DNA from: a virus | Taxonomy: Duplodnaviria; Caudoviricetes | Direction: 5' to 3' (one strand) | DNA length: 64,000 nucleotides | Virus record (IMG/VR): IMGVR_UViG_3300000756_000009 | Location: 17,465-81,464 of that record | Translations under genes and position numbers: made by a program | The notes under the pieces: generated by a model | Database searches by the model: none | Told to the model about the DNA's origin: nothing | What the model saw: the letters and a program-made list of their open reading frames with translations, nothing else | Part shown: piece after piece, positions 31,871 to 40,344 of the stretch | Layout: each line of letters starts with the position of its first letter | Position numbering within the stretch: position 1 is the stretch's first letter

Positions 31871-32270
31871 AGACTCTGTTGTTATTCTTTCTGAAAGACA
31901 AGCTAGAGCAGTTGCTACTGATTTAGTAAAATATGATTTTTTAAGAAATATTTCAAATGAACAAGAAAAAAGAATCTTTAACTTTGAAAATACAGTTGTA
32001 GCATTAGAAAATACAATAAAAATAAAAGATAGTATTATTTTTATTCAAAGGGATTACATTAGTGCACAGAATAAAGTTTTAAGTATAAGACCTAAACCAC
32101 AATTCCATGGTTATCTTGGAGTTCAAAGTTCAGGATTTACAATTAATACACCTTTATTTTCTGGAAGAATACTTTTAGAATGTAAAAAAGTTAATTTTGG
32201 TATTCAATATATAGGAATGCCAACCATTAATAATCAATATGGATTACTTGTAGAATATAAATTATTTTAA
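31794..32270 (+). CDS. Secreted protein, putative spanin partner (no lipobox)
   Basis: Type I signal peptide ending AIS-Q, a coiled coil, and C-terminal alternating beta-strands ending EYKLF. Confidence 0.5.
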   Translation: MKKYALLIPFLLVGFKAISQNVTQSKDSVVILSERQARAVATDLVKYDFLRNISNEQEKRIFNFENTVVALENTIKIKDSIIFIQRDYISAQNKVLSIRPKPQFHGYLGVQSSGFTINTPLFSGRILLECKKVNFGIQYIGMPTINNQYGLLVEYKLF

Positions 32271-32274
32271 AACA

Positions 32275-32418
32275 ATGGCAGCTAAAACAAAAACACAAAC
32301 CACAACATTTAAACCTACTGCAAAAGTAAGTAGACCCGGTGTACATGCTAAGACTAAAACGTCTAAGATTAAGACATCAAAGTTATATAAGAAAAAATAT
32401 AAAGGACAAGGTAAATAA
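32275..32418 (+). CDS. Very basic 47-aa peptide (not in ORF track)
   Basis: Translated by hand: MAAKTKTQTTTFKPTAKVSRPGVHAKTKTSKIKTSKLYKKKYKGQGK. Fills the gap between neighbours exactly. Confidence 0.75.
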   Translation: MAAKTKTQTTTFKPTAKVSRPGVHAKTKTSKIKTSKLYKKKYKGQGK

Positions 32419-32419
32419 T

Positions 32420-32566
32420 ATGGAAGACTGGACATTAAAAATTGAATTTCACTGGCCACATGATAGATTTGCATTGGGCTGGGAATACATTGCTGCTGAT
32501 AGAACATATCAGTATAGGACTATAAAAATTTATTTCTTATTTACTACATTTACATTAGATTATTAA
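32420..32566 (+). CDS. Hypothetical 48-aa protein
   Basis: Probable true start MEDWTLKIEF at 32420. The track start at 32339 overlaps the basic peptide. Confidence 0.6.
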   Translation: MEDWTLKIEFHWPHDRFALGWEYIAADRTYQYRTIKIYFLFTTFTLDY

Positions 32567-32570
32567 AATT

Positions 32571-32843
32571 ATGAAAGCTCAAGGTTTACAACAAGGTAAG
32601 ATATCTAAACAAAGCGTAAAGCTATTGTGTAGAACAGGGGGAGAATTAGATGATGCTATGCAAGGATCTATGGTTGAAAAAATGAGAAAAGGTGGTGATG
32701 CTATGAGATATGCATCTAATGCTGATGGTTCAAGAAAGAAACAAGCATATAAAATGGGTGGTTATATTCAATCAGAAACAAAAAAATATAGAGGTGGTGG
32801 TGTACCAACAGCATTTATTTATTCTGGGTCATCTAAAAAATAA
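32571..32843 (+). CDS. Small basic protein with four xxxGG motifs
   Basis: 90 aa containing CRTGG, MRKGG, YKMGG and YRGGG. Confidence 0.7.
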   Translation: MKAQGLQQGKISKQSVKLLCRTGGELDDAMQGSMVEKMRKGGDAMRYASNADGSRKKQAYKMGGYIQSETKKYRGGGVPTAFIYSGSSKK

Positions 32844-32848
32844 AAAAT

Positions 32849-33445
32849 ATGAATATTTTAACTGACATATTAAGTTTAATTAAAAGGGGTGTATTTGTTA
32901 AGACTGCATCACCTGAAGATGTTATTGTACTTGGTGTAAATGAACAACCAGATATGACTGGCGTAGCTTCACCTATACCATACAAATCTGTTAAGCTTAT
33001 TAAAGTTAAAGATCTTAAGATTGCTCCGGCATTTTGTGATAATGTAAATGCTCCAACTACACCGGCAGCAGGAACAGGTCAAGTATTTCAAAAACAAATT
33101 ATTGATCCTATAACCAATGTATGTACAAATTACTTTAGATCTCTAAAGTCACTAAGTACTAACTTAACCATTAATGAATCAGTAGATGATAATTATGTTG
33201 AGCTTACCACTACAGGTGAACCTAATTTAGCAAGTAATCTTGGTACAGGTACTGGTTTATATGCTAGTAAAACTGGTGAGACACTTAATTTTAAATCATT
33301 AAAAGGTACAGGTGTATCAATAAGTCAATCAGGAACAGAAGTTACACTCAATCATGCAACTAAAATCATATTAACTGCGCCTAATAATACTTTATGGGAA
33401 GTGACTATAAGTAATAGTGGTGGTATTATAACTACACAAGTATAA
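32849..33445 (+). CDS. Structural/tail-fibre-associated protein
   Basis: 198 aa, T/G/N-rich. Contains ASNLGTGTGLYASKTGETLNFKSLKG and a C-terminal LTAPNNTLWEVTISNSG fibre-type segment. Confidence 0.5.
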   Translation: MNILTDILSLIKRGVFVKTASPEDVIVLGVNEQPDMTGVASPIPYKSVKLIKVKDLKIAPAFCDNVNAPTTPAAGTGQVFQKQIIDPITNVCTNYFRSLKSLSTNLTINESVDDNYVELTTTGEPNLASNLGTGTGLYASKTGETLNFKSLKGTGVSISQSGTEVTLNHATKIILTAPNNTLWEVTISNSGGIITTQV

Positions 33446-33447
33446 AA

Positions 33448-33678
33448 ATGGAAACTAAAAGATCAAAATATAGAGATTTAATGATGCTAATTACTGGTGT
33501 AATTGGCCTTGGTTCTTTTGTATTTACAATCTATGCTGTTGTATATATACCTACTGTAAAAGATAATGATTTATTTGTGCAATTAATGGGTATGATACAA
33601 GGTGTAGTTATAAGTAATATATTTGCATATTATTACGGAACTAGTGCTGAACATTCTGATAAAAATAATAACCAATAA
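33448..33678 (+). CDS. Holin-like two-TM protein
   Basis: 76 aa with two hydrophobic helices and a YYYGTS motif resembling the YFGSS motif of small phage holins. Confidence 0.5.
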   Translation: METKRSKYRDLMMLITGVIGLGSFVFTIYAVVYIPTVKDNDLFVQLMGMIQGVVISNIFAYYYGTSAEHSDKNNNQ

Positions 33679-33680
33679 AT

Positions 33681-33917
33681 ATGAAAATCATGATAAATAA
33701 AGAAGGTAAAGCAGAAGAACGCAAATGGCAAATTCAATCTGCACTAAGTACTCTACAAAGAGCAGAAGAAATTAAGAATGATACATCTTTAATGAGAGAT
33801 GTTAAAAAGGCTGCGGGTCTTGAAGCTAAAAGATTACAAACATTAGCTAATGGTGGTAGTATTATGTCAGCACCAAAAAAAATGGCAGTTAAAAAAGTAA
33901 TAACTAAAAAGAAATAA
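33681..33917 (+). CDS. Small basic hypothetical protein
   Basis: 78 aa with a K-rich C-terminus and LANGG. Confidence 0.7.
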   Translation: MKIMINKEGKAEERKWQIQSALSTLQRAEEIKNDTSLMRDVKKAAGLEAKRLQTLANGGSIMSAPKKMAVKKVITKKK

Positions 33918-33919
33918 TA

Positions 33920-34168
33920 ATGAAAAGTCCAAAAACAGGTATCTCTTTTCCTATGCAAGGATTAGAATACCAAAGAGAAACAACAAATGGATATTATGAT
34001 CCAACTTCTATACCTGCAGCTATTCAACGAAAAAAGAATCAAGCTCAAGTATTGAGAAGTATCAAGAAAGCAAAAGATGGAATTAACATTCCTAGGTCAA
34101 GTACAAGAGCAAATGAACCTGTTCAATCAGCTGCTTTTAAAAGTGGTTATAGAACTAATAAAAAATAA
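33920..34168 (+). CDS. Small basic hypothetical protein
   Basis: 82 aa, coupled to its neighbours. Confidence 0.7.
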   Translation: MKSPKTGISFPMQGLEYQRETTNGYYDPTSIPAAIQRKKNQAQVLRSIKKAKDGINIPRSSTRANEPVQSAAFKSGYRTNKK

Positions 34169-34173
34169 ATAAC

Positions 34174-34518
34174 ATGGCAACTATAGTAGCACAAAAAATT
34201 TTACAGTCAGGGTTAATCCCTACTTACTCTGCAGCAGCAGCTGGTGGAGATAAACTTGCCAATACTGGAGTACAATATTTTCATGTAAAAAATGCTAGTG
34301 GTGTTACTATAACTGCAAATGTAGTGCCTGTAGTAACTGTATACATAGATCCTGTATTAGGAAAACTAGTTAAGGAAACTGCAAGTTTAGTATTACCAGC
34401 CGGGCAATCAGGATTTTTAGGACCATTTGAAACGGGTGCCTTTAATGATACACAAGGATTTATTACAATAACTTGTACAGCTATTACTTCAGTGACTTTA
34501 GCTGCACTTTATATTTAA
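34174..34518 (+). CDS. Small beta-rich structural protein (decoration/fibre-associated)
   Basis: 114 aa, A/T/V/G-rich with a beta-strand pattern, directly before the fibre gene. Confidence 0.5.
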   Translation: MATIVAQKILQSGLIPTYSAAAAGGDKLANTGVQYFHVKNASGVTITANVVPVVTVYIDPVLGKLVKETASLVLPAGQSGFLGPFETGAFNDTQGFITITCTAITSVTLAALYI

Positions 34519-34522
34519 AATT

Positions 34523-36895
34523 ATGAGCACTTTCATACAAGAGGCATTAGGATTATTAAATAGGAACCAAAAAAAAACAACTTTAGATAAAACTAAAGAT
34601 TGGTTTGAGTTTGGTAAACTATATCAAACAAGTAGTTTAAATAATAAGTCAGGATATACTCCTAAAATGGACCCTTTTGTAATTAAATGGGGTGATTTTA
34701 TTTGTCAAGCTACAGAAGATATGACAAGAACTTTGCCTGGGCAAGGTAATCTTGGTTATATTCCTGTATATACTGATCCGTCAGGTAGTTGTAATTGGGA
34801 TACTTTAAAAGATTCCATCATTACACAAAATTCACTTAATACTATTATTAATGTTTCTGGTTCATTACAAGTACTTGCAGATGTTCAAATCTCAGGTGGA
34901 GATTTAACTGCAACTACAGCAACGTTTAATCTTTTAAATACTGCCCCGGTATCTATTATTAATTTTGGAAGTACCACTACTAATATAGAAGTGGGTGGTG
35001 CAGCTACAGTTGTTAATATTAATGGAACTGCAGAAAGTACAAATTGTACTACAGGAGCATTAGTAGTTGACGGTGGTGTTGGTATTGCTAAAAACTTAAA
35101 TGTTTGTGGTGAATTATCAGTTACTGGTGCAGCATTTTTAAATGGAAATGTTTCATTAGGTAATAATATTTCTGATATTGTTAGATTATATGGAACACTT
35201 TATGATAATGCCGGCAATGGACCTTTGGTTAATCAAGTTTTAGTTGGTCAAGGTGGTGGCCAAGCTTTTTGGCAGAATGATGATGTTACTGAAGCATTAA
35301 CATATGGTTCTATTTGGAGAGGTAACTCTTCAAATCTAAAAGAACAATTATCAATTGGTGCTTCAGGTACTGTATTAATTTCTGATGGAACAACTTTAAA
35401 CTGGACTCCCGCACCTTGGATTACATCTTTTAATGTTGCTGGTAATATTGGAACTGGCTTACTTAGTATAACTGAAGGAAATACACTTTCTATTTTAGGT
35501 GGAACTGGTATAAGCACATCAACAACTGCTACAGATACTGTTACTATTAATCATTTAGATTACGGTACTGCAGGTACGTATACATATCCTTCTTCAATTA
35601 CAACAAATGCCCAAGGTCACATAACAGCAATTACATCTGGTACTGCCGGTGGTAGTGTAACTGCAAATAACGGTCTTACTATGAGTACTGCAACTAACGT
35701 TCAGTTAGGTGGTACTTTAGCACAAGGAACTACAATTCAAACTCAAACTTTTGATATTAATTTACAAGGTACAAGCGCATTTCCAATATTGAATGTTAAT
35801 CAATTAGGTACAAGCTCAGGAAGTGCTGCTATCAAAGGAACTTCAGCTGGTGGTTATGCTGGATATTTTGAAGGATTTGGTGATTCACTTGCAGCTGTAT
35901 ATGCTAATATTAGTAATATTACATATCCAACTATTAAAATTATTCATTCTGCTGGTGGTATTCCGGGAAGATTTGAACGTTTAGGTGCTAATAATACAGG
36001 TATAGGTACTGTATTAGGTTTATACAATGCATGTAATACTGGTCCCGGTGCTGTTGGTTTAGGGGCCGGTATTAACTTTAATATTGAAGATGGCAGTTCA
36101 TTCTCTGTTTCTGCTGGTTCTATTGCTTATGATTGGACTTCATTCTCTGGAGGTAATACATCAAGATTTAGTATAACAACTAATCTTGCGGGTACAATAG
36201 CAAACAAACTTGAAGTAGCTGGTTCTGGTCAATTAAAGTTAAATAACTATGGTGTAAATACTTTTACAGGAACACCTACATATTTGTTAGCTACAACATC
36301 TACCGGAAATATTATTGAAACTGCTATTCCTAGTGGTTTAATGAGTAGTTTTAATGTTAGTGGTGATACTGGTTCTCCAGATACAATAACTAATGGTGAA
36401 ACTCTTTCAATTGCCGGAGGCACTGGCTTATCATCAGTTGCAACTTCAGGATCTGGTGTTACTTTAAATTTAGATAATACTGCTGTTGTAGCAGGTACAT
36501 ATAATAATGCAACTCTTACTGTTGATGCGCAAGGTAGAATTACTAATGCAATTGAAAATGGTGCTGAACCTAAAAAACTTGTATTTTTAGTTAGTCAAAG
36601 TGGGGTAGCGGGTGCAGATCCAACACCAGTATCTATACAATCTACTTTAGGTTTTAGTGTTGTATTAGATTATGTTAGTGTTGGTGTATATACAATAACT
36701 TGTCTTCAACCTGTTTTTACACTTAATAAAACTGCAGTATTTATTACACCCAATGTAAATCTTGAAACACCTTATTGTGCTGCTATTCAAAGAACAAATA
36801 GTACAACATTAACTTTTGCTTCTTATAATATGGCAGGTACATATCAAAATGGTTTATTTGATTTGGCTACTATAAGAGTTGAAGTATACATTTAA
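34523..36895 (+). CDS. Tail fibre/spike protein
   Basis: 790 aa, G/T/S-rich. Two copies of the fibre repeat SFNV.G..G...I..G.TLSI.GGTG.....AGTY....T..AQG.IT. Confidence 0.75.
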   Translation: MSTFIQEALGLLNRNQKKTTLDKTKDWFEFGKLYQTSSLNNKSGYTPKMDPFVIKWGDFICQATEDMTRTLPGQGNLGYIPVYTDPSGSCNWDTLKDSIITQNSLNTIINVSGSLQVLADVQISGGDLTATTATFNLLNTAPVSIINFGSTTTNIEVGGAATVVNINGTAESTNCTTGALVVDGGVGIAKNLNVCGELSVTGAAFLNGNVSLGNNISDIVRLYGTLYDNAGNGPLVNQVLVGQGGGQAFWQNDDVTEALTYGSIWRGNSSNLKEQLSIGASGTVLISDGTTLNWTPAPWITSFNVAGNIGTGLLSITEGNTLSILGGTGISTSTTATDTVTINHLDYGTAGTYTYPSSITTNAQGHITAITSGTAGGSVTANNGLTMSTATNVQLGGTLAQGTTIQTQTFDINLQGTSAFPILNVNQLGTSSGSAAIKGTSAGGYAGYFEGFGDSLAAVYANISNITYPTIKIIHSAGGIPGRFERLGANNTGIGTVLGLYNACNTGPGAVGLGAGINFNIEDGSSFSVSAGSIAYDWTSFSGGNTSRFSITTNLAGTIANKLEVAGSGQLKLNNYGVNTFTGTPTYLLATTSTGNIIETAIPSGLMSSFNVSGDTGSPDTITNGETLSIAGGTGLSSVATSGSGVTLNLDNTAVVAGTYNNATLTVDAQGRITNAIENGAEPKKLVFLVSQSGVAGADPTPVSIQSTLGFSVVLDYVSVGVYTITCLQPVFTLNKTAVFITPNVNLETPYCAAIQRTNSTTLTFASYNMAGTYQNGLFDLATIRVEVYI

Positions 36896-36913
36896 TAAAT
36901 AAAAATAAACAAT

Positions 36914-37078
36914 ATGAAAAAATATCAAATAGGTGGAAGCATGCAATCACGCACAAGTGATGAATTAAATCCTAACAAAATGAAAAGTAAAGTTGCACCT
37001 AACCCCGGTTTTGTGCCATCTGGTTCAATGAGTCAGATGAAAAAAGGTGGTCAAGTTAAAAAATCAAAAAAATACTAA
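36914..37078 (+). CDS. Small basic 54-aa peptide with YQIGG and MKKGG (not in ORF track)
   Basis: Translated by hand: MKKYQIGGSMQSRTSDELNPNKMKSKVAPNPGFVPSGSMSQMKKGGQVKKSKKY. Confidence 0.7.
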   Translation: MKKYQIGGSMQSRTSDELNPNKMKSKVAPNPGFVPSGSMSQMKKGGQVKKSKKY

Positions 37079-37080
37079 AC

Positions 37081-37509
37081 ATGGAAAAACTAACTTTTAA
37101 TGAAATGCTTCAAGCTGCTGTAGAAGCAGTAAAGCAAGAATCAAAAACAGCTGAATTATATCAAGCATTCACAGGTGAAAAAATGAATGCAATGCAAGTT
37201 ATATTCAAAGGTGATTTAAAATATCCTTCTTATGTAGTCCTTGTTGATTCATTGGGTGATACAACTGTAAAAGGTATGCCTTCACCTTATATGGAAGATT
37301 TAGTTATTAGACTTCCTTTAGAGATGACTCAAGAAGAATCTGAAGCAGCTTTAGTTGCAGCGGGTTATGATCAAAGATGGAATAGTATAACGCTTAGAGC
37401 TCCATTATATAAAATAGTATATCCCCCATTGTACATCTATGAAGTTGAACATGTTGGATTTATTGCTGTAGACTCTACAGATTCTACTAATGTTTTCCCT
37501 TTATCTTAA
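37081..37509 (+). CDS. Hypothetical protein
   Basis: 142-aa acidic ORF starting 2 nt after the previous stop. Confidence 0.75.
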   Translation: MEKLTFNEMLQAAVEAVKQESKTAELYQAFTGEKMNAMQVIFKGDLKYPSYVVLVDSLGDTTVKGMPSPYMEDLVIRLPLEMTQEESEAALVAAGYDQRWNSITLRAPLYKIVYPPLYIYEVEHVGFIAVDSTDSTNVFPLS

Positions 37510-37525
37510 ATTTTAAAAATCAATT

Positions 37526-38179
37526 ATGAAAAAACTATTATTATTTGCAGTAACAATCACAATGTTAATTGGCTGCGTAAAGCAACAAGATGATCTTGAT
37601 GAAAGAGAATCAGGTGTACTAAGAATCCACAAAGGTAAATTTGCTTTTTGTGGTGCTTCTGGTGCAGTGCCAACAGGTAAAAAGATTGTTATTCAAGGTG
37701 TAACCTATGATGAAGGTTGTGCTATTTGTCCTGTATTAGATGGTCCTTCAATTTCTAACCTAGCTATGTATGGTAGTGGTGGAACCTGGGGTGACTTTAA
37801 TGTAAGAAACAGTTTCAAAACTCCTGATGGAACAGATAGTACTGTTTGGTCTTTGTTTTGGTATTTTGATGCTGCTGATAGTGTTCCTCAATTTAATCCA
37901 GAAACTAAAGAATGGGAATTGTTGCCACCAAATAATAGAGCATTTGTAGTAAATACTGATTCACCTGAAACAAGTGAAAGTAATATGTTTTGCATGCCAG
38001 CAGTAGTGTTTGATACAACCTCAACGGGTATTGTATTAGCTAGATGCTATGGGCCCTTAAATGAAGCAGCTGTACCATTACGTAAAGCAGTTCCTGTAAA
38101 GTCAGGAATGAAATCAATTACAGCAGCTAAAGTTGGTGCTCCCTATCCTGTAGGTACACCTATTCCTGTAAAAGAGTAA
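37526..38179 (+). CDS. Cysteine-rich lipoprotein
   Basis: MKKLLLFAVTITMLIGC is a type II signal peptide with a lipobox Cys. Five more Cys occur in the mature part. Confidence 0.7.
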   Translation: MKKLLLFAVTITMLIGCVKQQDDLDERESGVLRIHKGKFAFCGASGAVPTGKKIVIQGVTYDEGCAICPVLDGPSISNLAMYGSGGTWGDFNVRNSFKTPDGTDSTVWSLFWYFDAADSVPQFNPETKEWELLPPNNRAFVVNTDSPETSESNMFCMPAVVFDTTSTGIVLARCYGPLNEAAVPLRKAVPVKSGMKSITAAKVGAPYPVGTPIPVKE

Positions 38180-38472
38180 TGACCGTTATAAAAAGTAATA
38201 ATGACCGTTATAATGCACAAATAACTTAATTTTGTGCATTATAAGACACATTATCTTGAATTAGTTTAAAATTATGTTAGTATTTGTACTTATAGTGCAA
38301 TATACAGCACAATAATAAACTTATAACCCGCCAAATGTACCTATTTTTGTATAGTTTTGGCGAGTTATAACACATTTGGTATAATACTAATTGGTATAAT
38401 TATTTTGGGCATAATGACTAATATAATGGTTATTATGCCCATTTTTTATATAATCTAACCAATATATTGGTT
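38177..38472. repeat. Non-coding array of direct and inverted repeats
   Basis: 15-bp direct repeat TAATGACCGTTATAA (38177, 38199). Perfect 14-bp IR 38208-38244. 14/15 IR 38321-38370. TTGGTATAAT twice (38376, 38391). IR 38406-38441 followed by a T run. 16-bp palindrome 38457-38472. Confidence 0.8.
38406..38447 (+). terminator. Intrinsic terminator candidate for the + strand module
   Basis: TGGGCATAATGAC / GTTATTATGCCCA stem followed by TTTTTT. Confidence 0.5.
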
Positions 38473-38593
38473 TTTTTATCTTTTGGTTTACATCTATCAC
38501 AATACAAGTCTTTTGTCAAACCTGTACTTATAATAACCGTACAATTATGACAAAGTGTAGCACCAAGGCCGCCATTAAGTTTATGTATTGGTT

Positions 38594-39070
38594 TCATAAT
38601 CTTTTTTTAATTACATAACTATGATTCCAAGTTGATTTTTTGGTTTCCATATCTATCCATGGCCATGTTTTTTTAGCTTTACGTATATCCTTATCAGCAT
38701 AATGTTTCCACCATAATATCATTTCCCAATATTTATCATCTTTATTATCTGGTGAACGCCAATGTATTGCAAACTGCCAATTAAAAAAGAATATCATAAA
38801 TGATGGAGCCCATTCAAATCTAGGAGAATCAAATTTATCTTTCCATCCTAAATCATTAGAATGAAAAGCAATTGGCCAACCATATGATATTTCATAACCA
38901 AATAGTTTAAAAGCTTTACATCTTAAAAATCTAGGTTTTTCTTTTCTTATTGTTAAAATAGTAGAATTAAAATACCATGGTTGAAAATATGGTGTACCAT
39001 AAACTATTTTGCCTAAATAATACTTCTTTACTGGAGGTACAAAAACCCCTTTAAAATCATTTATTTTCAT
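38594..39070 (-). CDS. Hypothetical protein (aromatic-rich)
   Basis: 158-aa W/F/Y-rich ORF. Confidence 0.75.
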   Translation of the reverse strand: MKINDFKGVFVPPVKKYYLGKIVYGTPYFQPWYFNSTILTIRKEKPRFLRCKAFKLFGYEISYGWPIAFHSNDLGWKDKFDSPRFEWAPSFMIFFFNWQFAIHWRSPDNKDDKYWEMILWWKHYADKDIRKAKKTWPWIDMETKKSTWNHSYVIKKRL

Positions 39071-39245
39071 CTTTTATTTCTTTTTCAGTTAATATATAAA
39101 AAGCAGTCAAAATTTCATTCCAGTGTTCAGCCAGCTTAAAATCTAAATCTACTAGATATAAACATTGTAATATATGTTTTTCTGCGTCAGCTTTACCCAA
39201 CTTAATAAAAATTTGTTTTGCTTTTTCTTCAGTTGTTATACTCAT
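39057..39245 (-). CDS. Hypothetical protein
   Basis: 62-aa ORF overlapping the start of the next gene. Confidence 0.65.
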   Translation of the reverse strand: MSITTEEKAKQIFIKLGKADAEKHILQCLYLVDLDFKLAEHWNEILTAFYILTEKEIKDENK

Positions 39246-39250
39246 TTTTT

Positions 39251-39292
39251 AAAAGGTAAAGGGGATGGTTTTATCCACCCCCTGTTGGTTTA
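39251..39292 (-). terminator. Intrinsic terminator candidate
   Basis: On the - strand, GGGGGTGGA-TAAAA-CCATCCCC followed by TTTACCTTTT. Confidence 0.6.
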
Positions 39293-39301
39293 CCTACATA
39301 A

Positions 39302-39373
39302 TTATTTTGGATCATTTGTTATGCACAAATAAAAGCATATAAAAGCAAATATAGCTGCTAACAAAGTCCACAT
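39302..39373 (-). CDS. 23-aa hydrophobic micropeptide (not in ORF track)
   Basis: MWTLLAAIFAFICFYLCITNDPK, starting 2 nt after the upstream stop. Confidence 0.5.
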   Translation of the reverse strand: MWTLLAAIFAFICFYLCITNDPK

Positions 39374-39375
39374 AA

Positions 39376-40284
39376 TTAATCTTTGACTAGATATATATCT
39401 TGTACTAATCTAGAGTGTGTTACATCTTCATCTATTTGAATGGCATTTTCATTCCATTCTTGCATAGTAATGTTTAAACTTGCATCTTGAGTTGTATCAA
39501 ATTCAGATAAATCTAAGTCATCATTCATTGTAATGTTCATCTTTGATAATACTCTGGCTGTCATGAAATCATGAAAGTTTTGACTATCAGATAACCAATC
39601 TCTTGGATGGGCCTTTTTCAATGCATGTGTAACGTGGTTATAGAATGTCCAAGCATTTTCTTGATCACATTGGTAATCATATGATGGTTTCTCTAACTCA
39701 GCTTTAACACAAGACATTTGTGCAGCATCAAGGATATCTTCATTGATATAAAGCCTTCCAGCAATCTCAGCCTGCTCTTGTAATGATAAATTAGTATTTC
39801 TCATTGCATCTCTATCATTAAGGATACGTTTGTAATACTTTTCACCATTCTTGATCTGATTAGAAATTTGCATTCTAATATCATGATCAGCAGAACCAGT
39901 ATGCTTTCTTCTAAAGTTCATCATGTCACCGGCCACCATACCATTATGGCAAACCATAACATATGCACCTATTGCACATTGAAAACGTGTGCTCTTATCA
40001 TAAGAGTTTGTCCAGGCAAACATCATCCCCAACTCTTTTTCCTCCATAATGGTGGGATCAACAGTGTTGATTGGTAAGATATGATATATGCCTTGTGCTA
40101 CATTGGCATCCATATTTGCTCTATATAATTCCTTTTGAATAATAAAACCGCTATCTGCTAGCAGTTGTTTTGTGTTATCTATCACTTGTTTATGTGATAT
40201 AACTGTATAACTTTTACCATGATTTGGTAAGGGTGCGTTTTCTAGGTAATTCCTAGTTGTTTCTTTTGGTTTATTATAACCCAT
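39376..40284 (-). CDS. DUF932/DUF945-like phage/plasmid protein
   Basis: NSYDKS..FQCAIGAYVMVCHNGMV, RRKHTG and NAWTFYNHVT patterns typical of this family. Confidence 0.7.
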   Translation of the reverse strand: MGYNKPKETTRNYLENAPLPNHGKSYTVISHKQVIDNTKQLLADSGFIIQKELYRANMDANVAQGIYHILPINTVDPTIMEEKELGMMFAWTNSYDKSTRFQCAIGAYVMVCHNGMVAGDMMNFRRKHTGSADHDIRMQISNQIKNGEKYYKRILNDRDAMRNTNLSLQEQAEIAGRLYINEDILDAAQMSCVKAELEKPSYDYQCDQENAWTFYNHVTHALKKAHPRDWLSDSQNFHDFMTARVLSKMNITMNDDLDLSEFDTTQDASLNITMQEWNENAIQIDEDVTHSRLVQDIYLVKD

Positions 40285-40344
40285 AGTATTAAACTTTTAA
40301 AGTGTAAATGTACAAAAAATGTTTAGATAAACAAAATATAAATA

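Noticed and set aside
30537-33678. Endolysin in the lysis-like cluster
   Set aside because: No muramidase, amidase or peptidase motif was recognised in any ORF here. It probably lies outside the window.
34523-36895. Diversity-generating retroelement target in the tail fibre
   Set aside because: No reverse transcriptase is present and there is no template/variable repeat pair differing at adenines. The internal repeats are old protein-level duplications.
38177-38590. Possible CRISPR or mini-array
   Set aside because: The repeats occur only in pairs, differ from each other, and lack regular unique spacers. No cas genes are present; the Cas4-like exonuclease sits in a replication context.
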